A DNA stretch of 64,000 bases from Armatimonadota bacterium (GTDB lineage: Bacteria > Armatimonadota > HRBIN16), in the NCBI GenBank assembly GCA_963677485.1, contig OY781964.1:5024001-5088000 (forward strand), in the 5' to 3' direction. Of this stretch, positions 55,694 through 64,000 are shown one piece after another. The notes under the pieces are model-generated. The model did no database searches. It saw nothing but the letters and a program-made list of their open reading frames with translations, and was not told the DNA's origin. Made by a program: the position numbers and the translations under genes. Each line of letters begins with the position of its first letter. The first letter of the stretch is position 1.

Positions 55694-56473
55694 ATGAACG
55701 CTTATCCACTGTCACAAGAGCAGATCGAATTCTACCGTGAGAACGGATTCGTAATGCTTGAAAATATGCTAACCGACGAAGAGTTGGAATCTCTTAGATC
55801 CGCCGCCAATGATATTCTGGCAGAGACCACACCACTGCCAGCCGATGCGCCTGATGCGGTTAAGGAATATCGCAAGGTGTTCGACCAGCGGGTCAACCTG
55901 TGGCCGCACCATCAGGGGATCAAGAAACATGTCACCAACCCAAAGATAGCCGAAGTAGCCAGGCAACTGGCCGGACACACCGCCACACGGTTATGGCATG
56001 ACCATTTACTCACCAAAATGCCAGGTGATAGCAAAGCGTCAGCTTGGCATCAGGACCTCCCCTATTGGCCTTTCTTCTCTCCAGACACACTCTCATGCTG
56101 GATGGCACTTGATGATGTCACCGAGGCCAAGGGCTGCATGCAGTTCGTACCCCGAAGCCAAACATGGGGGCTGTTTGAGCCCATCAACCTGATCACACCC
56201 CAGGCGCTTTTCGACATGGTGCCGGACAAGAACCCTGAAGATTTTCGGCCGTTCGTCGCGGAGATGAAAGCCGGAAGCTGCACATTCCATAACGGCATGA
56301 CTTTCCACTATGCAGGGCCTAACCGCACCGACACCCCACGCCGAGCCATGGTGACCATCTATATCCCAGACGGTGTCATCTACGAGGGACGCTCCCACCC
56401 CGTCACAAACGGACTAGGGCTGGAGGTCGGCCAGCCAATGGCAGGAGAGATGTTCCCCCTACTCGCTCCATAG
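55694..56473 (+). CDS. Phytanoyl-CoA dioxygenase (PhyH) family Fe/2OG oxygenase
   Basis: FYRENGF, WHQD, WMALDD, FHNGMTFH, NRTDTPRRA; AAGGAGG RBS. Confidence 0.9.
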   Translation: MNAYPLSQEQIEFYRENGFVMLENMLTDEELESLRSAANDILAETTPLPADAPDAVKEYRKVFDQRVNLWPHHQGIKKHVTNPKIAEVARQLAGHTATRLWHDHLLTKMPGDSKASAWHQDLPYWPFFSPDTLSCWMALDDVTEAKGCMQFVPRSQTWGLFEPINLITPQALFDMVPDKNPEDFRPFVAEMKAGSCTFHNGMTFHYAGPNRTDTPRRAMVTIYIPDGVIYEGRSHPVTNGLGLEVGQPMAGEMFPLLAP

Positions 56474-56498
56474 AATATAAAGGCCACCCAACAACGGC

Positions 56499-56535
56499 GA
56501 AGGCACCGACCCCACGACTCGGGATCGGTGCCTTC
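56499..56535. terminator. Hairpin between convergent genes
   Basis: GAAGGCACCGA...TCGGTGCCTTC. Confidence 0.7.
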
Positions 56536-56553
56536 ATGCAGCTACAGTGAGCG

Positions 56554-57258
56554 TCAGTGCCCTGGGAAGAGTATTCTATCGCAGTTATCGCACTGTTCCA
56601 CATGGCCCTCTTCAACCGAATGAACGGCAGCGATGGCTATGGGCATACGGCACATGCCGCACTTGCCACCGGCCAGGGGACTCATACCCACACCGCGCTG
56701 TCTGCGGCGTACGCCATCGTATTGTGCCAGAAGGTTCTTGTCTACTTTTGCGACGGCCCGGCTTCGCGCTTCGCTCAACGCGGCCATTTCGGCCTCAATA
56801 CGGGCCTTGCCTTCATCTGCCAGTTTGGCAGCTTCACGGTAAGCCTTGACCTTAACGTCCTTGACTTCAGCCAGCGGTTTGACCTCAACTTGAAGCTGCT
56901 CTATCAGGTCCATCAGCTCAAGCATCTTGTCTTCTTTTTCCACCCGATGCCTGGATACCAGCTCCATCTCTTTTTGTTTGTTGTCCAGCTCCTTGGAACC
57001 AGTGATCTTTCCGCTATATAACTCCCGATGCAGACTCTTTTCCTTGGTCAACATACCTTGAACTTCTAAATCCAAATCACGGTAGTCACGCAAGGCGGCC
57101 TGCAATTTAACGTCTACCGCTTTAAATGCGTCCAGTGCCGTCATGGCCTGCGCTTTAAGTTGGTCAACCTCGGCCATCTTCTGTAAATCCATGCGGTGCT
57201 TGAGCAGTTGCACATCAATCTTGTGAACTTCATACAGGAATAGAATTCGTTCATTCAT
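56554..57258 (-). CDS. Coiled-coil C4 zinc-ribbon protein (DUF164 / CT398 / HP0958 family)
   Basis: Long coiled coil, KELDNKQKE, LLAQYD, CGMC...CDNCDRIL. Confidence 0.9.
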   Translation of the reverse strand: MNERILFLYEVHKIDVQLLKHRMDLQKMAEVDQLKAQAMTALDAFKAVDVKLQAALRDYRDLDLEVQGMLTKEKSLHRELYSGKITGSKELDNKQKEMELVSRHRVEKEDKMLELMDLIEQLQVEVKPLAEVKDVKVKAYREAAKLADEGKARIEAEMAALSEARSRAVAKVDKNLLAQYDGVRRRQRGVGMSPLAGGKCGMCRMPIAIAAVHSVEEGHVEQCDNCDRILFPGH

Positions 57259-57264
57259 ATCCAG

Positions 57265-59079
57265 TTACCCCTTCCCTTCAAGTGGAACGGTATCGTCCTT
57301 CGGGAACACCACACGGGCATGAGCACGCCCATCGATGTTTCCCATCCAAAAGCTGCCCTTCAACCCGGTTCGCGCCAGATCATCAACGATCTTCAAGCCT
57401 AGCCGAGTCGTCTTGCGGAAATCAAATTCATCCGGCAGTGGTGCTCCATCATTATAAACGGTGATTCGGTAGTCCCTGCCGATATCTTCAATCAGTACCT
57501 TGATCACACCATTATCGGTGTTCTTGAACCCGTGCTCCACCCCATTCTGAATCAACTCATTCAGGATCAACGCAAAGGACGTCGCCTTTTGGAGGGGCAG
57601 CATGAAATCGGCCCCTGATATCGACATATCCACATGCTTGTTGGGTGGTATCAGTCCGCCCTGAGTGGCAGAGAGTATCGACTCAGCCAGCCGTTGCACA
57701 GGCACCAGGTCAAGGTCTTCACGTGACAGCAGATCATGAACTGCTGCAATAGAAGATATGCGCCCGAGGCTTTCCCGGAGAGCCTCTTGAGCCTGGGCGA
57801 CATCAGTGTACCGCATCTGCAAGCGCAGAAGCGAGGCGACCTGTTGCAAGTTGTTCTTTACCCGATGATGCATTTCAGAGAGGATGGCTGACCGAAGGCT
57901 GAGGCGCGCTTGCTGGACCGCCAGAGCTATTTGATTAGCAAAAGCCGTGACGATCTTCTCTTCTTCTTCGCTGAACCTGTGGAACTTCGAAGTGTAGCAG
58001 TTCAATACACCCAGATTCCGATCTTTGGCTCTGATGGGCACGCTCATCAGGCTGAAGAAACCTTCGCGAGCAGCGATGTCACCAAAAACATAGTTGCTTT
58101 CTTTGCTGACATCATCTACTATGATCACACGGTTTTCCAGTATCGCTTTACCCGTCACGCTATGACGTAACGGCACATTCGGTTTTGAAACATATTCCTG
58201 GCTCTGGTTAGAACTGGATTTGAGGATTAACTCCTCATGTTTCTCATCAAGCAGCATGATTGTGCAGACTTTGTAGTTCATAGCCTGTGCGGCTGTATTG
58301 ACCACAAACTGCAACTGGTCTTCCAGATACAAATCACTAGTCACTTGCTTTGTGATCTCAGTGAATGTGTTGACTTGCTCGGCTTGCTGCTGAAGCATGC
58401 GGTAACTGCGGGTTTTTTGAATGGTGCCAGCAACTTGAGCTGCCAGGTTACTGAGTATACGGATTTGGTTCGGCCCATATTCACGTGGTTGTATCGTCTT
58501 GACCGCGACCACACCAAGCACTTCATTTTCATAAAGAAGCGGTACAGCAAGCATCGATTCATACTCGCCTTCCCGCAACTCAGGGAAATACTTGAAGCGC
58601 TTATCGTGGTAGGCAGCAGAGGGAACCGCTACGGCAACACGCTCACGAGCCACCCAGCCGATGATGCCTTCGCCTACTTTCAGGCGCAGTTTTCCCACCA
58701 TATGTCTGCTCTGTTCTTCGGCGGCACGAAGAACCAGCTCTGTTCGGGATTCATCAAAAAGAAGGATGTGGCACGACTCCGTGCCTATTAACCTCTGTGT
58801 TACCTCAACTAATGCGTTGAGGCTGTCTTCAACTTGGATTGCAGAACCCAATGCCTCCCCGATACTACGGAGGGCATCAATCTCCAATTCCTTCTCGGTG
58901 ATCTGCCGCTTCAGTTGGTTGGCCTGAGCCTCTTTACTTGACAGCAGCCGTTCGCTTACAGCCAGGCTTCCGCGTAATGAAACTATCTCATTCGATTCGC
59001 TTTGCAGCCTGTGACTATAACTACGTAGATACTTCGTCGAACGGTGCGGAATTAGACGATGGGTTCTATTTACTGCCAT
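57265..59079 (-). CDS. Soluble dual-GAF histidine kinase (HisKA_2, PdtaS/EutW-like)
   Basis: Two GAF domains, EMHHRVKNNLQ H-box, NELIQNGVEHG; no TM segment. Confidence 0.9.
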   Translation of the reverse strand: MAVNRTHRLIPHRSTKYLRSYSHRLQSESNEIVSLRGSLAVSERLLSSKEAQANQLKRQITEKELEIDALRSIGEALGSAIQVEDSLNALVEVTQRLIGTESCHILLFDESRTELVLRAAEEQSRHMVGKLRLKVGEGIIGWVARERVAVAVPSAAYHDKRFKYFPELREGEYESMLAVPLLYENEVLGVVAVKTIQPREYGPNQIRILSNLAAQVAGTIQKTRSYRMLQQQAEQVNTFTEITKQVTSDLYLEDQLQFVVNTAAQAMNYKVCTIMLLDEKHEELILKSSSNQSQEYVSKPNVPLRHSVTGKAILENRVIIVDDVSKESNYVFGDIAAREGFFSLMSVPIRAKDRNLGVLNCYTSKFHRFSEEEEKIVTAFANQIALAVQQARLSLRSAILSEMHHRVKNNLQQVASLLRLQMRYTDVAQAQEALRESLGRISSIAAVHDLLSREDLDLVPVQRLAESILSATQGGLIPPNKHVDMSISGADFMLPLQKATSFALILNELIQNGVEHGFKNTDNGVIKVLIEDIGRDYRITVYNDGAPLPDEFDFRKTTRLGLKIVDDLARTGLKGSFWMGNIDGRAHARVVFPKDDTVPLEGKG

Positions 59080-59660
59080 TACACGCTATGAGCAATGATG
59101 ATCGCCTCTGCGATCTCTTTCATCGTCTTGCGGGTGTTCATACTTTGAACTTGAATACGGCGGAACGCCTCTTGCTCTTTTAGCCCATATTGATCCATCA
59201 ATATGCCTTTGGCTCGCTCTATCAGCTTGCGAGTCTCAAGCCGCTCTTCAAGGCTGGTCACTTCACCTTCGAGAGCTTGCATTTCCGAGTAGCGACTGAT
59301 TGCGATTTCGATAGCAGGCATCAGGTCGGCCTCTTTGAAAGGCTTCACAATATAGCCAAACACACCAGATGCTTTTGCTCGGTCGACTAAGTCGCCATCA
59401 CCAAATGCGGTGATCAGCACGCAAGGCGCGATTCGTTCGCTTTGTATGGTCTGAGCAGCGTCTATGCCATCAACTACAGGCATTTTCACGTCGAGTAAAA
59501 CCACATCCGGTTTGTGCTCTCGAGCGGATTCTATCGCTTCGCTGCCATCACTAGCTTCAGCAATTACGTTATATCCCAAACTCTCAAGCATGTTTTTGAG
59601 GTCCATACGAATGATGGGTTCGTCATCCGCGATTACTATCTTCAGGCTGTTTGTTGCCAT
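59079..59660 (-). CDS. ANTAR-domain response regulator (PdtaR/EutV-like)
   Basis: ADDEP, LDVKMP, YIVKP receiver; RKLIERAKGILM...EQEAFRRIQVQSMN ANTAR domain. Confidence 0.95.
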   Translation of the reverse strand: MATNSLKIVIADDEPIIRMDLKNMLESLGYNVIAEASDGSEAIESAREHKPDVVLLDVKMPVVDGIDAAQTIQSERIAPCVLITAFGDGDLVDRAKASGVFGYIVKPFKEADLMPAIEIAISRYSEMQALEGEVTSLEERLETRKLIERAKGILMDQYGLKEQEAFRRIQVQSMNTRKTMKEIAEAIIIAHSV

Positions 59661-59754
59661 ATGCTGCGGTTCCTTTCTAAGAATACATCAGTGTTAGTGT
59701 GTTAATTGTACCACAGGGGAAACACTGCGTCATGCAATGTGATAGAAAACTAGA

Positions 59755-59785
59755 AGGGGCACCAGGCTATACACCCAGCACCCCT
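59755..59785 (-). terminator. Terminator after the corrinoid protein gene
   Basis: Minus strand AGGGGTGCTGGG...CCTGGTGCCCCT followed by TCTAGTTTT. Confidence 0.7.
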
Positions 59786-59810
59786 GCCTATTTATATGAT
59801 AGCGGAAATC

Positions 59811-60446
59811 TTAAGCGATTCCCACTAGCTCCTTCAGCTTGTCTACAGCACTGGCTGCATCCTCTGAATAACCGTCAGCACCGATCTGGTCTGAGTATTC
59901 CTGAGTAACAGGAGCTCCACCGATCATGACTTTGACTTCGCTGCGTACACCCTCTGCAACGAGTGCATCAATGGTGCTCTTCATGGAAGGCATGGTGGTT
60001 GTGAGCAGTGCGGACATGCAAAGCACGTTGACGCCCTTCTCTTTAACCGCTTCTACGAATTTCTCAGGGCTGACGTCAACACCCAGGTCGACAATTTCAA
60101 AGCCAGCGCCTTCGAGCATCATCATGACCAAGTTCTTGCCGATGTCATGCAGGTCGCCTGCCACGGTGCCGATACCCACCGTAACGGGTGATTTGCGCTC
60201 TGCTGCACTGAGCAGAGGCTTAACGATGTTCATGCACTGCTGCATGGCGCGAGCAGCCACGAGTACTTCAGGAACGTAGTATTCGTTAGCCTTGAAACGG
60301 CGGCCAACTTCCTGCATACCAAGAATCAAGCCATCGGTAATGATGGTTGCTGGGCCTACACCAGACTCTAGTGCGGCGCGGGTGATCTCTTCGGCCTTCT
60401 TGCGGTTACCATTGATAATCGCTTCTTGTAGGGTACTTAGGTCCAT
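59811..60446 (-). CDS. Cobalamin-binding corrinoid protein (methyltransferase cognate)
   Basis: Cap domain plus GDLHDIGKNLV, SALLTTT, IGGAP B12-binding motifs. Confidence 0.95.
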   Translation of the reverse strand: MDLSTLQEAIINGNRKKAEEITRAALESGVGPATIITDGLILGMQEVGRRFKANEYYVPEVLVAARAMQQCMNIVKPLLSAAERKSPVTVGIGTVAGDLHDIGKNLVMMMLEGAGFEIVDLGVDVSPEKFVEAVKEKGVNVLCMSALLTTTMPSMKSTIDALVAEGVRSEVKVMIGGAPVTQEYSDQIGADGYSEDAASAVDKLKELVGIA

Positions 60447-60517
60447 GATGTCCTCCCTGATTGTCGTGTATATGTTGTGATTATGTATATAGCTCAGAAA
60501 GCAGCTCTCCCTGCTGC

Positions 60518-61249
60518 TTACCTCGCCGCGATGATGCCGTCGTCATTGGTACCCGTGACGCTCTGTCCAGGTTGCACGATCAAGAAGTCTTGATCCCACT
60601 CCCCTTTGGTTAGTTTGCCGAGAAGAGATAAATTTCCCTGCAATTCGGCATAATTCCAGTTATTCGTTTGACAGATGTTTTGAACTTCTTCAGCCATAGC
60701 CGACTGATCGTACATGGGAAGTTGAATAAGAACCCCTCGTTTATAGTTACTTTTCCAACTACCCAAAACCTCTAATAAATACTTAGCGTTATCTTCACCG
60801 TACTTTTCTACCATATCCTCATAGCACTCAATCCCCTCACCAAGCATATCGGGTACAGACTGTTGCTGTAAGTATCCGGAAGTATTGGCGGTGAGAAATC
60901 CCCTTGTGAAATAGTAGCTGCCAGGGTTTTCATGGAACTCATCAAGGTATCGCTTCCTGGAACCCATAAACAGGGTCAGGCAGTCATGAGCTCTTGGAAT
61001 GACCAATGGCGTATGCCGTGAAGTCATCCCTTCGATCAGCCGGTTACAATAGGCATATCCAACTAGAATATAGTCATATCCTTCGGGGATTGAATCAAGC
61101 TCTTGCTGCAGCTTGTTCGCACTCCGTTTGGGAAAATTATGATACTCATCTCTGACCACGTAATGAAGATCGATCTGATGCTCATTGTTTTCGATCAGTA
61201 TGCTCATCTCATCCTTCATCACGTCACAGGCGAAAAGTAGTAGTTTCAT
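60518..61249 (-). CDS. DUF1638 domain protein
   Basis: ACDV, YHNFP, GYAYC, PRAHDCLTLFMGS, YYFTRG, EKYGEDNA. Confidence 0.8.
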   Translation of the reverse strand: MKLLLFACDVMKDEMSILIENNEHQIDLHYVVRDEYHNFPKRSANKLQQELDSIPEGYDYILVGYAYCNRLIEGMTSRHTPLVIPRAHDCLTLFMGSRKRYLDEFHENPGSYYFTRGFLTANTSGYLQQQSVPDMLGEGIECYEDMVEKYGEDNAKYLLEVLGSWKSNYKRGVLIQLPMYDQSAMAEEVQNICQTNNWNYAELQGNLSLLGKLTKGEWDQDFLIVQPGQSVTGTNDDGIIAAR

Positions 61250-61359
61250 ACCTGTCTCACCAACCTCACAGTAACGAACCAAGTATTCTTAGCATATCAA
61301 ACACATTGTGCCGTGAGACGGGTCTATTTTCAAGCTATTTATGGTAATATCGTATCGCT

Positions 61360-62616
61360 CTAGAGTAGGCCCAGGCTCTTTAGTCCACTGTAGGCTTCAT
61401 CCACTGACTCATCGAAACTCTTCAGCAAGGTATTCACCTGGTCTGATGTAATGATGAGTGCCGGTTCCATGCGAACCACGCTGGGATTGTTAAGCGTATA
61501 GGCCGCGATGATCCCGCGGTGGTTCAGGCCTGACATCACTAACTTCGCGACATCCTCCATCTCAAACTGAATACCGATCATAAGTCCAATCCCACGGATT
61601 TCGGTGAGAACCTCCGGGTATTTCGCCTGGATCTTTTTCAGCCCGGTGAGCAGTTGGAGGCCGCGCTCTTCCGAATTCTGGCAGAGGTTTTCATCATGGA
61701 TCGCCTTGATGGTAGCCATACCCGCTACACAGGCCAATGGATTCCCGCCGAATGTACTCGTGTGTATCAGCGGGTTATCACCAAAGACACGCTTCCAGAC
61801 ACGCTCGGAGCTGACCATGGCACCTGAGGGCACAACCCCGCCACCGAGTGCTTTAGCGATGGTCATGATGTCCGGCACAACTCCAGTGTGATTGACGGCG
61901 AACATTTTGCCGGTGCGCCCAAAACCGGTCTGAACCTCATCTACAATTAAAAGGGCTCCGGCCTTTTGGCATATCTCCTTGAGTGCCGGAAGGTAATCCG
62001 GGGAGGCCACGTTAATCCCACCTTCGCCCTGCACAACCTCCACAATCACACCGGCGGTGTCGTCACCAATGATCCCGCTTACCGCGTCGATGTCATTGAA
62101 TGGCACATGCTCGAAACCGGGCACCATCGGCAGAAAGTCAGCTTTATACTGCTCACGGCCGGTGGCACTCAAGGCTCCCATGCTTTTACCATGAAACCCA
62201 CCCACAGTGGCGATGAACTTATGCCGGCCGGTGTATTTCCGTGCGATCTTGATCGCAGCTTCCACGGCCTCAGTGCCGCTGTTGCACAGGAAGCTGTATT
62301 GCAGGTCACCTGGCATGACACTGGCGATCATCGCGCAGAACTCCCCTACCAACGCGTTAAAGAAGACCTTGCTTGACAGCGGCATCAGATCAAGTTGCGC
62401 TTTGACTGCCTGAATGACCTTGGGATGGCAGTGTCCCAAAGCAAACACGCCATATCCTCCAAGGAAGTCCATGAAGGCATTGCCCTTGTCGTCATATACA
62501 TACATGCCCTCAGCGCGGACCTCTACTCCGAATCCGGCAAACTTCATGAGTTGAGCTAAGCCCGGATTGACAAACTGTGTATAGTTATCAAAGGTATTCT
62601 GTAAGATATCATCCAT
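61360..62616 (-). CDS. Class III PLP-dependent aminotransferase (ArgD/PatA-like)
   Basis: DFLGGYG, NSGTEAVE, FHGKSMG, VQGEGG, DEVQTGFGRTG, AKALGGG, STFGGNP. Confidence 0.93.
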   Translation of the reverse strand: MDDILQNTFDNYTQFVNPGLAQLMKFAGFGVEVRAEGMYVYDDKGNAFMDFLGGYGVFALGHCHPKVIQAVKAQLDLMPLSSKVFFNALVGEFCAMIASVMPGDLQYSFLCNSGTEAVEAAIKIARKYTGRHKFIATVGGFHGKSMGALSATGREQYKADFLPMVPGFEHVPFNDIDAVSGIIGDDTAGVIVEVVQGEGGINVASPDYLPALKEICQKAGALLIVDEVQTGFGRTGKMFAVNHTGVVPDIMTIAKALGGGVVPSGAMVSSERVWKRVFGDNPLIHTSTFGGNPLACVAGMATIKAIHDENLCQNSEERGLQLLTGLKKIQAKYPEVLTEIRGIGLMIGIQFEMEDVAKLVMSGLNHRGIIAAYTLNNPSVVRMEPALIITSDQVNTLLKSFDESVDEAYSGLKSLGLL

Positions 62617-62627
62617 TTCGTTTATCT

Positions 62628-64000
62628 CTATTCTATGATTCGTCGACCATCGTACGATGGTGAGATACTCTTTTTATTCACTATCGCTTGAGCCAGACTG
62701 TCTCGGGCGTCTTTAGCGACAACCTTGCTTTGAAGCTTCAGTTGGTCGCAAATGATCCCTCCGAAATAGCTATTGGTGCTCACGTGGTATATCTTCTGGT
62801 CATCCACTGCTGTGCCATTCACGGTCAGCTCTTGCAGCACACCGGCTTTCATCCGGTAACGGGCTCCAGAAGCGGCAGGGGTGCCGGTAGCGATGACCTT
62901 GGCCAGTTGCAGGCCGGTCATATCGATGGTGACCAGTGAGTTCGTCCAAGGGATCAGACGCGCCAGGTCATAGCGTGACACCGCCCCTTTGCATAGATAC
63001 GCCCGTACGCCGCCCATGTTTTCCAGATGCACATCGGTTCCCAGCAACTCCCGTGTCAAGTCGGCCACCATATAGTATGGCTCCTCGTCATTGCCGCGGG
63101 GCACAAATGAATCGGTGGCAATGCCTATATTGTCCATATAGTAATTCCGTAGTTTACCCCATGCCTTATCCACCAGTTTGGCGATAGCCTTATCGGCGGG
63201 TACATCCTCAGTCACCGGGATGAGTTTTCCGGTCACTGCCATCAGACCCCAGCCATCATCATTTCGGCGCAGCTTCATCTCAACACAGCCCAGTTCCTGG
63301 CCCCACTGACCAGCTTGCACAATGTAGGTTCCGTTGGTCTTGCCGATAGATGTGATTTCGCCCTTACGCACTACTGTGGGTTGTGCTAAACGTGTGTGTG
63401 AGTGGCCGCCAACGATGACGTCAATACCGTCCACCTGGGCCGCTATCTGCTGATCAACATCATACCCACAGTGGCTCAGAAGTACCACCACATCGGCTTG
63501 CTTACGTAGCTCAGGCATCAACTTCTTGGCGGTTTCGATTGGGTCTAGAATGTCTACAGTGTCTTGTGCTAACTCGTAGGTTCTGGCGTCAGTCGTCAAT
63601 AACCCCAATATCGCGACCTTCACTTCACCGGCTTGTTTGATGATGTAGCTTTTCACTACCGGTTGTGTGGTGCCTTTGGCTACCACGTTGGCATCGACCA
63701 GTGGGTATTTCGTAGCCGCCACCAACTGGCTCCATATATCTTTGGGTTTCATCTCATGGTTGCCAAAGCATTCGGCGGTATAGCCAACAGCATTCATGGC
63801 AGCCACATCAACCAGGCCATTGAAGGCGATGCTGAACGCGGTACCATCGGTGTAGTCACCGGCATCCAGCAGCCATGTATCGCCGAACCGCTTTTTGACC
63901 TGCTGGAATACAGTGGAGCGTCGGGCGATGCCCCCCAAAGTGATCACACCATCTTTTACATATGATGATAGCTCAGGCATGGTTTCTGCGGGAGTGTTGA
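62628..64000 (-). CDS. Bifunctional metallophosphatase/5'-nucleotidase; 5' end outside the window
   Basis: GGIARR, LDAGD, GNHE, LSHCG, GGHSH, NMGGVR. Frame is open to the window edge and the first DxH motif is missing. Confidence 0.9.
   Translation of the reverse strand, partial: NTPAETMPELSSYVKDGVITLGGIARRSTVFQQVKKRFGDTWLLDAGDYTDGTAFSIAFNGLVDVAAMNAVGYTAECFGNHEMKPKDIWSQLVAATKYPLVDANVVAKGTTQPVVKSYIIKQAGEVKVAILGLLTTDARTYELAQDTVDILDPIETAKKLMPELRKQADVVVLLSHCGYDVDQQIAAQVDGIDVIVGGHSHTRLAQPTVVRKGEITSIGKTNGTYIVQAGQWGQELGCVEMKLRRNDDGWGLMAVTGKLIPVTEDVPADKAIAKLVDKAWGKLRNYYMDNIGIATDSFVPRGNDEEPYYMVADLTRELLGTDVHLENMGGVRAYLCKGAVSRYDLARLIPWTNSLVTIDMTGLQLAKVIATGTPAASGARYRMKAGVLQELTVNGTAVDDQKIYHVSTNSYFGGIICDQLKLQSKVVAKDARDSLAQAIVNKKSISPSYDGRRIIE

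Noticed and set aside
60447-61359. Cobalamin riboswitch or ANTAR twin-hairpin upstream of the corrinoid and DUF1638 genes
   Set aside because: The intergenic stretches are short, have no B12-box, and show no properly closed pair of hexaloop hairpins.

Overview
Gene-dense 64-kb bacterial chromosome segment in the standard genetic code. The gene mix (kdsD/kdsC together with mutS2, comEA, a VanW-G5 protein, a YtxH protein, a split NadE and ffs-dnaX-ybaB-recR) suggests a diderm Terrabacteria lineage such as Armatimonadota; this is inference. The first ~8 kb is an accessory cluster of uncharacterised glycosidase-like genes. After it come tRNA-Ser(CGA), the SRP RNA and housekeeping genes (murB, nadE, recR, dnaX, tsaD, rimI, pfp, xylB, rodA, cysE, cysS, dusB, mutS2). 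These are interspersed with beta-helix carbohydrate enzymes, two GT-C-like membrane proteins, an ANTAR two-component system and an orphan corrinoid module. No transposase, integrase, prophage or CRISPR array is visible. Best leads: (1) a tightly coupled operon (Zn protein, kdsD, kdsC, phosphoesterase, GT-C) whose cytoplasmic calcineurin-like phosphoesterase carries an LpxH-like GNR motif, a candidate new lipid A/Kdo-pathway module; (2) a beta-helix protein with one LamG domain nested inside another and an in-frame UGA followed by a hairpin; (3) REP-derived repeat arrays and a possible 5'-extended SRP RNA. All product calls come from reading motifs by eye, not from database searches.
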